Shown: positions 37,017-47,056, counted from the first letter of the stretch. The stretch is 64,000 bases of DNA from a gamma proteobacterium symbiont of Ctena orbiculata (GCA_003094535.1 NATV01000102.1:6507-70506); one strand, 5' to 3'. Numbers and translations: made by a program. The notes: generated from the sequence alone by a model not told the origin.

Positions 37017-37220
37017 ATGGACGTTTCCGGAGCCAGCTCACCAAGCGCCAGCATGCTCGCGAATATCGCAACCAGAACGGAAGTCAGTGTCGCTGTGCAA
37101 AAGAAAGAGATGGAGATCGAGAAACAGGCCGCGGCACAGCTCGTCGCCACTATTGAACAGAGCGCACCGAAGCCGAACGACGGCGGCTCGGTAGGGACCA
37201 ATATCGACGTTATGGTCTGA
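37017..37220 (+). CDS. YjfB-like small protein (putative motility protein)
   Basis: SVAVQKKEMEIEKQAAAQLV...GTNIDVMV pattern. Confidence 0.7.
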   Translation: MDVSGASSPSASMLANIATRTEVSVAVQKKEMEIEKQAAAQLVATIEQSAPKPNDGGSVGTNIDVMV

Positions 37221-37345
37221 CGGACGCCAGCCTGCTCCTGATCCGGCGCAGCCGGTTGTAAACCTGGATTCCACCTCTCTCTTCAGATGCGTCAGGCATC
37301 CGTTCACGCTGTCCACGGAATACCCATTGGGTGTATTCTAACTCT

Positions 37346-38095
37346 ATGCAATTAAGCGAAATCCCGACCCCCCTGATTGCCAGCTATACCGACTTCGGCA
37401 CAACCGGCCCTTACCTCGGGCAGATGCATGCCGTCATTGCCACCCAGGCCCCAAGGGTACCCCGGATTACACTGATGGCGGATGCGCCGATGTTCGACCC
37501 TGTATCTGCGGGCATTCTCCTCTCTTACCTCTGTGATAACCTGCCAGACCAAACACTGATCCTGGCCGTGGTGGACCCGGGTGTGGGCGGAGAGCGCAGA
37601 CCCCTCATGATAAGGGGTGCAAAGCTGCAGTTTGTCGGCCCCGACAACGGCCTCTTCGTCCCGGTCGTTCGTCGTTACGAAGACTGCCTAATCGAAGCCA
37701 TTGACTGGCGCCCGTCCCGACTCTCCGACAGCTTTCACGGGCGGGATCTGTTTGCACCCGTGGCCGCCGCATTGGCCACCGGCAAAGCGGTCGCGGGAAT
37801 CCCCGTCGAGCCCCGGGAACTGGCGGGATACGACTCAAACCACGACAGTAACCGGGTCATCTACATAGACGCCTACGGCAATGCAATGACGGGGATCGAA
37901 GCCGATGGTCTCAGCGACGAGCGGACAATTTCCGTCAACGGCAAGGCCCTGCGCTATGCACGGACATTTTCCGAGGTTCCCGCCGGTCAGCCATTTTGGT
38001 ACCGCAACTCCAACGGATTGGTGGAGTTCGCGGTCAACCGGGGCAGCGTCTCCCGCTTGCTCAATCTCCGGCCGGGCATGCCCGTACAGTTTTAG
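37346..38095 (+). CDS. SAM hydroxide adenosyltransferase (DUF62, SAM hydrolase)
   Basis: TDFG, AVVDPGVG.ERR, FVGPDNG, SFHGRDLFAP, YIDAYGN, EFAVNRG. Confidence 0.9.
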   Translation: MQLSEIPTPLIASYTDFGTTGPYLGQMHAVIATQAPRVPRITLMADAPMFDPVSAGILLSYLCDNLPDQTLILAVVDPGVGGERRPLMIRGAKLQFVGPDNGLFVPVVRRYEDCLIEAIDWRPSRLSDSFHGRDLFAPVAAALATGKAVAGIPVEPRELAGYDSNHDSNRVIYIDAYGNAMTGIEADGLSDERTISVNGKALRYARTFSEVPAGQPFWYRNSNGLVEFAVNRGSVSRLLNLRPGMPVQF

Positions 38096-38149
38096 ACTTT
38101 TGCAACAACCGCCTTCGCGCACAGTGTCGCTGCCATACTTCACACACGC

Positions 38150-39196
38150 TCACTCTGCGTTTAGACAGGATGGATGAAGTAAAAATCTGGCATAGTCCCC
38201 GTACTTCACCCTAGACCTCGAGCACGCCGCCTTGAGGCTGGGACACGCAAAGTCCGGATCGACGTCCCGTATGCGCTTCGTCACCTTTGCCTCGATCAGC
38301 GGATCAGCATAGCTGTTACAGTTGTTCCCCTCATCCCAGCTTGCGTCGATAAACTCCCCGATATCGAATTCTCTGTTAAATTCCCAGGCCTTTACCACCT
38401 TGCCCGCTTTGAATGAATCGACAATCTGGATATCGCAGGTGACATAGGGCCTCTGCAACAGATTGGCGATCACACCTGTCAGGGGATCGTCCTGCTTGAG
38501 CAGCACTCTGTTCCAGAAACGCATGCCATTGAAATTTGCGACCAGGTCGGCATAGGAAAAGATGCCTGTGGTGCTGTAACCAAACAAGCCGGACTCTTTC
38601 TCTCTGCCCCAGGCAAGGGCGTCATAAAGACTCTTGTCGTCGAATGCCACCATCTCGAAATAGCGCCAGCCTTCGGCGAAGAAGTGTCCGAGCTTATCGA
38701 CACCGATGAGCTCCCGTTCCACTTTCACCACGTCGCTCAGCTCCTTGAGATTCAGGGAGATCCCCTCGAGATAGTCGATATCGCGATAGATCGAGTCATT
38801 CAACGGCAGGGAGTAGCTCTTCCTGGCAAGCAGGCTGCGCAGCTGCACATCGATATGGTAACCCTTGAGCCCCCATGTCGCGGTATTGGATTCGAAGATC
38901 GCCTTTCTCAGTTCCCTGTATAGTACCTGTTCATCGCAATACTCCCCTTCCCGGTAGAGCTCGAGATCACCAACGCTATGTATGCTTATCCGTTTCCGGT
39001 TCGCTTCGTCAATGCCCCTCTTGATTCGTTGATTGAAAATCCGATTGATGGCCGCACGACTGTTTTCAAGCGCTACACTCCTTGTCGTCACGCTATCGAT
39101 TTCCGCCGCGCAGACCACCGATGACGCAACCATCAATACCAGGATTTCAATCACACACCATCGACCCACACCGGCCAAATTCAACACAGCTAACAT
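38150..39196 (-). CDS. Secreted hypothetical protein
   Basis: Signal-like N-terminus; GVDKLGHFFAEG, SYADLVANF; several Cys. Confidence 0.75.
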   Translation of the reverse strand: MLAVLNLAGVGRWCVIEILVLMVASSVVCAAEIDSVTTRSVALENSRAAINRIFNQRIKRGIDEANRKRISIHSVGDLELYREGEYCDEQVLYRELRKAIFESNTATWGLKGYHIDVQLRSLLARKSYSLPLNDSIYRDIDYLEGISLNLKELSDVVKVERELIGVDKLGHFFAEGWRYFEMVAFDDKSLYDALAWGREKESGLFGYSTTGIFSYADLVANFNGMRFWNRVLLKQDDPLTGVIANLLQRPYVTCDIQIVDSFKAGKVVKAWEFNREFDIGEFIDASWDEGNNCNSYADPLIEAKVTKRIRDVDPDFACPSLKAACSRSRVKYGDYARFLLHPSCLNAE

Positions 39197-39541
39197 CTAT
39201 TTTCCAAATCGTGATCAGCAAGACTGGAATTCTATCCTATCGGCGTTAAAGAGATCCCTCTACATTGGTCATCTTTTCCGCCGAACTGTTCAAGGGAAGC
39301 GGTGACCTTGCCGGCGACAATCCGGCTTGACTAGCCTGAGCGGTGTAGATACCTGACCGGCCGAGAAAATCAATGCCAGGCCGAAAAAAACCCACTTGAA
39401 AACATCGAGGGCAGCGCCAATCCCTATCGTGTGGATTGAAGATAGCAAGCCAGGACACCCGTGCAGCCTCCTAGGGATGATTCACGATCGACCGGATCTA
39501 CTGACTGCATGCTGCGCTGACAGGAGTATCCAACTTTCAGT

Positions 39542-41467
39542 CTACTTCAACACCACGCCAACCTTTTTATCCGATACCACGGTCGCCTTGCCGCGCAAAG
39601 GCGGCGCTGTGCGGGTTTCCACCCTGTATTCGCCGGGCGCGAGATCGACGCCGTTGTCACCGATCGTACCGCTGGCGACGACCATGCCGTTGGTGTCGAG
39701 TACATCATAGGGTGCCTGCAGGGCATGGTTCATCGACCGCTTGAGGTCATCGGCACCGGCGGCGTCGTGGTAGTCGCCGTTGCCGAGGTCGGCCCAGTAG
39801 CGAAAACGCGACTTCAGCTCCTCATCGTCGATGGCGAAACCGACGATGTTGACGCGCACATCGACACCCTTGGCCTTCAATCCCTCGATGGCGGCGACGG
39901 GATCGCCGCCGCAGGTCTCCTCGCCATCGGTAATCAGGATCACGATGCGCTCCCCGGTGACCCCGGCCAGATCCTCGGCCACCAGTTCCAGCGACCGCGC
40001 TATCGTTGTCTTGGCCAGGTTCATCGCCTGCACTCGCTTGATCTTTGCGTCCACCCGTTCCGGATCCAGTGGCGCGAGGGATTCTTCCAGATCGGTGCGG
40101 CAGGAGTCGGCCTCCTTGTGGCCGAACACGCGCAGGGCAAACGGCGTGCCTGTTGGGATCGGATCACCGGTAAGGCCCAGCAGGACTTCGCGGGCGATCT
40201 CGATCCGGCGTTTGCCATCCTGCCGCTTCAACATGCTACCCGAGGCGTCGAGTATGATCTCCACCGCATCATTTGCCCCGAAACCGGAGACGCCGGGATC
40301 AAGGGTGATATTGAGATGACCCGGCGGCGCGGGCGGTGGTGTGACCTGTATGCTGTGCCTGGCCAGAATGGCTCCCGACTGCCCGGTCTGATAGCGAATC
40401 TCGTACTGCCCGGATTCCTGAGGTGCGCGCAAGCGGACGGGGTTGCCGTGTCGTGTATAGGCCCACTTTCCCCTGGCCGGGGCGCGCTTGACCGATCCGC
40501 GATCCATTACGGCGATGTAATCTCCCGGGTTATCCGGCCCGGTCCAGGTCATCTCGAAGTGTGCGCCGCCCTGCACCTCCCCGGGACCTTCCAGTGTCGC
40601 ACTGACCGCTTCAACAGTTATCAGCCTTTTTGCCAGGATGGTGTAGGACTGGCCTGTCTGGTAACGCACTTCATAGCTGCCGGGCTCATCCGGCGCATGC
40701 AGGGTGACCGGTGAGCCCTTGCGCGTGTACTGGTAGTGGTGATACTTGCGAACACCGGAATCCTGCGCTGAGATGGCGATGAAATCCTGGTTATGACCCG
40801 GACCGCTCCAGCTTACCTCGAAATCTTGCCCCGCCTTGATGCTGTCAGGCGCTTCCAGGTTGGCGGTCGTGCCGGCAACAGTCACTGTTGTCTTGGCCAG
40901 GGTGTAGTATTTCACACCGGTGCGATAGTGGACTTCATAGCTGCCCGGCTTGTCCGGCGCCGTCAACATGACCGGATTGCCTTTTTTCGTATAGGCATAG
41001 GTAATCCACCTGCGTGCATTGCGGTCCCCCTGGGGGTCACTCAGTGCAATGAAATCCTGTGGATTGTCGGGCCCGCTCCAGGTAACCTGAAACCTCGCCC
41101 CGGCGTCAACCTGAGCGGGGGCCTGTACGGTTGCCTCGACCGGGGTGACGCTCAGCGGCTGGCGCGTTTTCGTGGCATAGGGAGGATTGGCCTCCAGGTA
41201 GCGGATCTCGTAGTCACCCGCGTCTTCCGGGGCACGCAGCTCGACACTGTTTTTGGAACGCACATATTTGTAATCGGAATAGCTGCCCTCCGCCTCGCCC
41301 GCGGGAACGATGGTGATGAAGTCACGAGTACCGGTCTCCCCACTCAGATTTATCACTATCCGGGCGCCGGCAGGCACATCGGTGGGCGCGCTCAGGGTGA
41401 TCTCGGCGCGAAGTGCAGCGGAATAGAGGCCCGTGAATAACAGAAGCCAGCCAATTGCATGTCGCAT
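39542..41467 (-). CDS. Secreted protein with four tandem Ig-like repeats and a VWA domain
   Basis: Repeats WxGPxxxxDxI...GxPVxLxAPxxxGxYExRY; MIDAS ILDASGSM, ITDGEETC; start MRHAIG. Confidence 0.88.
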   Translation of the reverse strand: MRHAIGWLLLFTGLYSAALRAEITLSAPTDVPAGARIVINLSGETGTRDFITIVPAGEAEGSYSDYKYVRSKNSVELRAPEDAGDYEIRYLEANPPYATKTRQPLSVTPVEATVQAPAQVDAGARFQVTWSGPDNPQDFIALSDPQGDRNARRWITYAYTKKGNPVMLTAPDKPGSYEVHYRTGVKYYTLAKTTVTVAGTTANLEAPDSIKAGQDFEVSWSGPGHNQDFIAISAQDSGVRKYHHYQYTRKGSPVTLHAPDEPGSYEVRYQTGQSYTILAKRLITVEAVSATLEGPGEVQGGAHFEMTWTGPDNPGDYIAVMDRGSVKRAPARGKWAYTRHGNPVRLRAPQESGQYEIRYQTGQSGAILARHSIQVTPPPAPPGHLNITLDPGVSGFGANDAVEIILDASGSMLKRQDGKRRIEIAREVLLGLTGDPIPTGTPFALRVFGHKEADSCRTDLEESLAPLDPERVDAKIKRVQAMNLAKTTIARSLELVAEDLAGVTGERIVILITDGEETCGGDPVAAIEGLKAKGVDVRVNIVGFAIDDEELKSRFRYWADLGNGDYHDAAGADDLKRSMNHALQAPYDVLDTNGMVVASGTIGDNGVDLAPGEYRVETRTAPPLRGKATVVSDKKVGVVLK

Positions 41468-41512
41468 GCGTCCCCCCTTGATTGATTGGATCAACAGTGT
41501 CCTGAGACAGAG

Positions 41513-42247
41513 CTATTTGCTGAATACGGCATCCTCAATGATCACTGGATAGAAATAACCATAACCAAAATCCTTGTTGACATATAAGACACCTTTGGCG
41601 GTCACCTCATCGCCAACAGCGATACCACCTTGCGTCGTACGCATCACAATCTTGTTGTTTTTTTCCGCTGCCGCTCCAGTACCATCTTCAATATGCACCC
41701 AGTCACTTCCCATGATCTGCATCGATAGTTTTGCTATTTTCCCCTTGACTTCGATAACCTTTCCGCCCAGTTCATCCTTTTTTTCAAAGATCTCCTTAAT
41801 GGTGAAACGCCCGAATGGACTCCCCAGCCCTGTTACTCGATTCGATACAGCCTGTGGTTTGGGCTGTTCCTTGTTTGGAGACGGTTTTGCATGTACTTTT
41901 GTAGGCAGCTCCGCTCCCTTGCTGATCGCTTCCACAAATAGAATTCTGTCAAATGTCCGATTGAGCGATGGGCTGGTGAAATTTTCCATAAGCATTTGTT
42001 CGTAAAAACTGATCTTGTCACCAACGCCAATCTGAGTCTGGGGTAGCGCGATCCAGAACGCTTTGCCCTCTTCCTCAACTCGGATATAGGTATAGCCTGC
42101 AGTGGACATGGTTTCCAAAACTGTAGCGGTATGGGCAATCGCGCCACCTTTGTTGGCAGGCATGCCTTTGTCATCAGACACTGCCAATGTGCTCGAAATC
42201 GCGAGCAGAATCGAGAACATCCAGAAAATCGGTGTTGCGTGAATCAT
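41513..42247 (-). CDS. Exported double OB-fold protein (NrfJ-related)
   Basis: VLETMSTAGYTYIRV...W.A; IMGSDWVHIEDGTG; KDFGYGYFYPVIIEDA. Confidence 0.78.
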   Translation of the reverse strand: MIHATPIFWMFSILLAISSTLAVSDDKGMPANKGGAIAHTATVLETMSTAGYTYIRVEEEGKAFWIALPQTQIGVGDKISFYEQMLMENFTSPSLNRTFDRILFVEAISKGAELPTKVHAKPSPNKEQPKPQAVSNRVTGLGSPFGRFTIKEIFEKKDELGGKVIEVKGKIAKLSMQIMGSDWVHIEDGTGAAAEKNNKIVMRTTQGGIAVGDEVTAKGVLYVNKDFGYGYFYPVIIEDAVFSK

Positions 42248-42479
42248 TGTTGGTTTCTCTGTGTGAACGACTTGGGCGTCTTACAAACCTATCTGCAGCA
42301 GGTTACAGCTACTGCCCGATATGCGGAGACCGCTTCTCTTCCCGATGTTTGGCCGTCGACTGCAGTGATATGGAGTGCCGCAGCGGTTGACAACCAATCC
42401 CAGCGTGCCTGTATTGTTGGCACTGATAAAAAAATCCTGCGCATCAGCAGGGTCAGGCCCCAACACGGCTTTACTCATT

Positions 42480-42800
42480 ATACGCGGTCATCACTTCATT
42501 CGTCGCTATCAATTCGGACTTTTGCCTCTCTGTGCCTGTTTTTCGTGCTTACCGCCCCAGCCAGGATCCCAGCCTGTTCATCCCCTCGCAAAAACCGGAC
42601 ATTGACTGGTTGCACGTGGTCGGACCCGGGCAAGACCCGGTACGCAGAAATATCACGGAGTCGGAGACACACGAAGGGCTACAATCGTTCCACCATGCCG
42701 GCGACTGTCTCAGCTGTCACGAGGAGCAGCAGAAAAATCTGCACTACGTGCGCGCCACCCTGGTCTGCCGTGACTGTCAAATCTCGAAACCCGTCGCAGG
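42480..42800 (+). pseudogene. Frameshifted, truncated c-type cytochrome remnant
   Basis: Signal-like FASLCLFFVLTAPA in one frame, QDPSLF...GDCLSCHEE...VCRDCQ in the next; shift near 42562; no clear start codon. Confidence 0.45.
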
Positions 42801-42828
42801 CCACAGATTGGCGGAAGCCCTCCCGGGA

Positions 42829-43239
42829 TCACCACTTGGGACAGCGGGTAAAAGTGAAGTTGTAGGATTTGTCTTTCCAGGCTCCACCCCAGATCCGGGT
42901 GAGATTCATGACTTCCCCGTCCAGACGCAGGATTTCGGTCACCGGCGTCCCCCAACCGCGAATTGTCTTGGCCTTACACTCCGTATAGGCGTCATTGCAG
43001 GCGAGAGCCGCCTCGTGGGTCCGCCCGCTGCGGCCACCGCGGATGAACAGACTCCCCTCCGCCACGCTGTACTGGGTAATCATGCGCTTCTTCTCGCGAC
43101 ACCACTCACCCATGAGGCCAATGGACTCTCCGCCGGACTCGGCCATTGCCGGCTTCGCCGCCGCGGCCATACCGCCAGGGAGCGCCAAAATCACAACCAG
43201 AAGCCATACCCAAACCGATGGCTTTTCATACGATATCAC
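42829..43239 (-). CDS. Small secreted hypothetical protein with 4 Cys
   Basis: Signal peptide; GEWC...C...C...C pattern. Confidence 0.6.
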   Translation of the reverse strand: MISYEKPSVWVWLLVVILALPGGMAAAAKPAMAESGGESIGLMGEWCREKKRMITQYSVAEGSLFIRGGRSGRTHEAALACNDAYTECKAKTIRGWGTPVTEILRLDGEVMNLTRIWGGAWKDKSYNFTFTRCPKW

Positions 43240-43356
43240 GCCACGCCTCCTGATTAGGTAATTGGAGCCTCGGACACCCGTGGCGGGTGTGCACGAAAGA
43301 CGGTTAGGGATGATACCTTGGAAAGATATAGCATGCCTAGCGTTTGCCTGATCGGC

Positions 43357-43406
43357 TGGAACGGACTGTTCACAAGAACGAAAGACGATTGAACGATTCG
43401 TTCAAT
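43357..43406 (+). promoter_or_regulatory. Tandem upstream activator sites (weak + perfect palindrome)
   Basis: TGGAACGG-A-CTGTTCAC (43357-43373) and ATTGAACGA-T-TCGTTCAAT (43388-43406); near-identical pair at 52661-52709. Confidence 0.75.
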
Positions 43407-43581
43407 GCCAATGATCCGCGACACAAAGCAATGCATCGCTATCTTGCCAAGAAGACCGGAGAACTCCCGGGCAGGCAGCGTCGGTAACGCGCTGTGATTG
43501 CCGGCTATTCGATAGTTGTCACCACCTTGGAGCCGCCTCTCCGCATGGCTTGTTACCAGCGCCGGTTCTTTGTGATTGGCA

Positions 43582-43598
43582 CTGGTATAATTCTTGCA
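43582..43598 (+). promoter_or_regulatory. Sigma54 (-24/-12) promoter of the cytochrome c2 operon
   Basis: CTGGTATAATTCTTGCA, GG-N10-GC with TTGC. Confidence 0.7.
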
Positions 43599-43696
43599 AA
43601 ATGAACTATTTATCGGGGTCCATGTTCCTCAATAGGGCGGATGAGAAGCTCACCGGGGACACCTGTCTCTATCACTATAAATTTAGGAGTCTTTAC

Positions 43697-44119
43697 ATGA
43701 AGAAGCTTGCTCTGGTTGCCTTGGCTGCTGCAATCGCCTTTCCAATGGCCAGCGTTGACGTTATGGCAATGGATGAAGCCAAAGCGACAAAAAAAATGGT
43801 AAAGAGAGGTAAGAAAGTAGCCATCAAACAGTGTTTCGCTTGTCACGACATAACCGAAGACAAGCAAAACAGAGTCGGTCCCCCGCTTTGGGGTGTCTAT
43901 GGCAGATCAGCCGGCGCGGTTGATGGCTATCAATACTCTGAAGCACATTTGGGCAAAGCGGATTCAATCGTTTGGGATGAAGCCACCCTCGATGCTTACC
44001 TGCAGGACCCGAAGGCCCTGGTACCTGGGAACAAAATGGCGTTTCCCGTTGCCGGCATGCCTATTATGTCCGATAAACAACGGAAGAACGTGATCGAATT
44101 CCTGAAGACGCTAAAGTAA
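43697..44119 (+). CDS. Class I c-type cytochrome (c2/CycA-like)
   Basis: AGGAG RBS, start MKKLA; CFACH, VGPPLWGVYGR, YLQDPK, PGNKMAF axial Met. Confidence 0.93.
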   Translation: MKKLALVALAAAIAFPMASVDVMAMDEAKATKKMVKRGKKVAIKQCFACHDITEDKQNRVGPPLWGVYGRSAGAVDGYQYSEAHLGKADSIVWDEATLDAYLQDPKALVPGNKMAFPVAGMPIMSDKQRKNVIEFLKTLK

Positions 44120-44160
44120 CTGTTCGCTTTTTAACTCCAGCTGTAAGGAGGTCTTGATTC

Positions 44161-44598
44161 ATGAACATTTTGCGCACTCGGATTTTCTTACTCCCACTAC
44201 TTATCCTGTTTATCTCTCCGCCGCTGTATGCGGCCGACACTGGTGTGGTCACAATCAATGCGAAAAACTCCGCCGCGGAGATCCTGGAAAGTTTGAAAAT
44301 GCAGCTTGAGCAAAAACGATTCAAGATCTTTTCGGTGTACGACCATGGGGACAAGGGTTCCGTCAAGCAGGTTATTGTTTTCGGAAAAACGAATCACAAT
44401 GCACGCATCATGTGGCACGATCCCGCTGCCGGTCTGGAACTGCCGCTGAAGATCGCCGTTTTCCAGGACGACGTGGGGACGCAGGTGATCTACCGCAAGC
44501 CCTCCTCTTTACGAAACACCTATAGCCTGCAAGAGTGTAATCTGTTGGATGAGTTGGACCTGTTGATGGCTGAATTGGCGCAGAAAGCAGCCCAGTGA
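44161..44598 (+). CDS. DUF302 domain protein, exported
   Basis: FKIFSVYDH, VIVFG, AGLELPLKIAV. Confidence 0.85.
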   Translation: MNILRTRIFLLPLLILFISPPLYAADTGVVTINAKNSAAEILESLKMQLEQKRFKIFSVYDHGDKGSVKQVIVFGKTNHNARIMWHDPAAGLELPLKIAVFQDDVGTQVIYRKPSSLRNTYSLQECNLLDELDLLMAELAQKAAQ

Positions 44599-45191
44599 CG
44601 CTTTCCAATCCTCGCCTGCTTTCGGCCATCCTGGTTGGGATTATTGCAATTCCGGCGACTGCGCTCTCCACGCCGCAGTCGCCGGAAGCGTGTGGAAGCC
44701 GCTCTTTCGGCAGCGGCATCTTTCGCGCATACACTGATCCAAAGCCGGTATCCCGGCAGGCGTTTACCACCGATGGCGGCAAAAAGATCGACCTGGACAG
44801 TCTTCCGGGGCCGCGCGCGCTGCTTGTCAATTTCTGGACCACATGGTGCACCCCGTGCAGAGAGGAGATGCCCTCCCTGGACCGACTTCAGGGACGTGTC
44901 TCCAGTGACCAGCTGCTGATCCTGCCCTTGGTCCGGGATGGAAAAGGGTTATCGGAAGCGGAGCGCTTCTATCGAACACATGAAATCACCAACCTACCCG
45001 TCGCAGCCGACCGGTTCGGCAAGATCTCCCATGACCACCGTATTGGCGCCCTGCCGCAGACATTGTTTGTTGACCAACAGGGATTGGTAAAAGGGGTTTT
45101 GATCGGCGGTGTGGACTGGGAGAGCAGGCCGGTGTTGGAGTTGCTGAACCGTTGTTTGAATGTAACAGTCGACCAAGAGACATCCGGTTGA
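44595..45191 (+). CDS. TlpA/ResA-like thiol-disulfide oxidoreductase
   Basis: LVNFWTTWCTPCREEMPSL, LPQTLFVD; GTGA overlap with DUF302. Confidence 0.9.
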   Translation: MTLSNPRLLSAILVGIIAIPATALSTPQSPEACGSRSFGSGIFRAYTDPKPVSRQAFTTDGGKKIDLDSLPGPRALLVNFWTTWCTPCREEMPSLDRLQGRVSSDQLLILPLVRDGKGLSEAERFYRTHEITNLPVAADRFGKISHDHRIGALPQTLFVDQQGLVKGVLIGGVDWESRPVLELLNRCLNVTVDQETSG

Positions 45192-45298
45192 CACGCTCTA
45201 TCTATAGAATCTATGAATGAACGACCATCCAGGCTGCCGAATCCTGTCCGCCTGACCGTTGTCGTGACTGCAGCCTGTAAAAAAGATATTGCTGAAGC

Positions 45299-46093
45299 CT
45301 ACTCGTTGGCAGCCGCCATGTCTCCACATTTCAGCAAGGCCAGCATCTCCTTGTTTTCCAGTTTATTGGCAAAATCACAGGCGTTGACCTCCTGCTTGCC
45401 CATTTTAAGGTAGTCCGCCGCCTTCATAGTCTGCTTGGGATCCGCGCCGTTTTTCAGCAGCAACTTAACCATCTTATTGCTACCCGTGTTGATGGCGTAC
45501 ATCAGTGGAGTAAGGTCCTCTTCACTTACCCTGTAATTGACATCAACGCCATTTTTCAAAAGCAGCCTGACCGCTTCGATTTTTTCCTCGCTGACGGCCT
45601 CTTGCAGCAGCGTCCTGCTGAACATGGTTGTTACGTTCAGATCCAGCCCCAGTTGAATCGCCCTTTTTAACTGCTCGTCCCGATCATTGACACCCGGTTC
45701 ATAGAGCACAAGCTGAAGTAACTCTCCGTTCTCCACCGCACCTTTATAGGCCTCACAGCCCGACGCAGAGCCAAAATCACATGCAAGTTTGGTGTATTTA
45801 TAGGCTTCAACAATATCTTTTGATTCAATGCCGAATCTAACCTCCCCTTCTAAATAAGCCGACGCCATGACAAGGCAGAGCTCGCCACTTTTCTCTTCAA
45901 TACAGTACTGTTTTAACGTTTCACCCGCCTCTTCGTACCGCAGCTGAGAAACAAGGAAAGTGACCTCCCTCTGCCAACCGATCGGAGCCCCTGCCGCCAT
46001 GGCCAGAGTGGGCAGGACGAACAGCGCCATGACTGCAAAAAACACTTCTTTGATGGCTTTCCTGTTCAAGCTGTAACCCTGTAGCATTATCAT
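45299..46093 (-). CDS. Exported Sel1-like + ankyrin repeat protein
   Basis: AYKYTKLACDFGSASGC; RTLLQEAV...LLLKNGVDVN; TPLMYA...LLLKNGADP. Confidence 0.85.
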   Translation of the reverse strand: MIMLQGYSLNRKAIKEVFFAVMALFVLPTLAMAAGAPIGWQREVTFLVSQLRYEEAGETLKQYCIEEKSGELCLVMASAYLEGEVRFGIESKDIVEAYKYTKLACDFGSASGCEAYKGAVENGELLQLVLYEPGVNDRDEQLKRAIQLGLDLNVTTMFSRTLLQEAVSEEKIEAVRLLLKNGVDVNYRVSEEDLTPLMYAINTGSNKMVKLLLKNGADPKQTMKAADYLKMGKQEVNACDFANKLENKEMLALLKCGDMAAANE

Positions 46094-46147
46094 TACCTAC
46101 ACACCTGATTTGAGTTCGAGATACCTATTTGAAACACACAACAAACC

Positions 46148-47056
46148 TTAACCGATCGGACCACCCATATCATCGGTACTGTCATGCATCTCCCCGCCCC
46201 AATCTATCCACTCCACAAGGGAACCGTCATAGAGCCGGGCTTCCGGGTTTTGCAGAATTTGATGCAGGACAAACCAGCCCAATGCCGCCCAGACGCCGGT
46301 ATCGCTGAAAGTGGCAAGCGCCCCTCTGGTTTGAATATCATAACGTTCAAATTCCAGTTGGATGATTTCCGCGGACAGAAACCCTCCTGTTTCACCATCC
46401 AGTAACCGTTCAGGCGGAATCCCGACACCGTCATAAATCGTTCCGCCTTCGGCTACCTGCGGGTCTCGCCTGTAGCCTTCAAAATAGGACGTGGGCCGCA
46501 GATCGATCACCGGCCTGTTATTACCCAGTAAATCTTCCACGCGACTGCTGTCGGCCAACAGATCAGGCTGGAGACTGATGCTGCACACCTTTGGGTCCAC
46601 GGATGACGCGCCTTCGACCAGATCGTGAGCGGGCAGCGACTCAATACCGCCGTCCAAAAGTGCGACCCGCTGAACACCGGCCATCATCAGGCTCCACACA
46701 ACACGCGCCGCTTCAGCGACCTGCCTGGGATGCCTGACGGAACCGACCACAATCACGGATTCATCACCCTCCAATCCCAGGCTGCCCAGTAACTCCGCCA
46801 GTTTATTCCCGTCAGGCAGGTAACCGGGCAGGCCGTAGCGATCAACCTGCCAAGCGCGCTCTTTAAAGCCGGCCCAGCGTGCTTGCGGCCAGTGGCCAGC
46901 CATGAACTCGGCGCGGGACCTGACATCCAAAACAACAACTTTTTCGCTGTTCTGGGAGAGCCAGGCGCCATCCACCAGTACCGGCAAGGGCGCTGCAAAA
47001 AGATACAACGGCCAGAGACATCCCAACAGTGCCAGGATAGGAAACTGTACAGCCAC
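46148..47056 (-). CDS. Tandem-domain rhodanese/sulfurtransferase homolog, active-site Cys replaced by Ser
   Basis: VLDVR...GHWP, LLDGG, IDLR, FSDTGVWA, LYDGSLVEW; GTG start at 47056 chosen to avoid a long overlap (ORF track start 47107). Confidence 0.85.
   Translation of the reverse strand: MAVQFPILALLGCLWPLYLFAAPLPVLVDGAWLSQNSEKVVVLDVRSRAEFMAGHWPQARWAGFKERAWQVDRYGLPGYLPDGNKLAELLGSLGLEGDESVIVVGSVRHPRQVAEAARVVWSLMMAGVQRVALLDGGIESLPAHDLVEGASSVDPKVCSISLQPDLLADSSRVEDLLGNNRPVIDLRPTSYFEGYRRDPQVAEGGTIYDGVGIPPERLLDGETGGFLSAEIIQLEFERYDIQTRGALATFSDTGVWAALGWFVLHQILQNPEARLYDGSLVEWIDWGGEMHDSTDDMGGPIG

Noticed and set aside
37346-38095. Fluorinase/chlorinase (halogenase)
   Set aside because: Keeps the Asp-Arg-His triad motifs (VDPGVG..RR, FHGRD) of DUF62 SAM hydrolases; no halometabolite genes nearby
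42187-42390. CPICG...RC...DC zinc-ribbon-like ORF
   Set aside because: Overlaps the OB-fold gene antisense, no RBS; may be chance
42532-43257. 241-aa intact cytochrome ORF
   Set aside because: The distal half is antisense to the 42829..43239 gene and the signal peptide is in another frame
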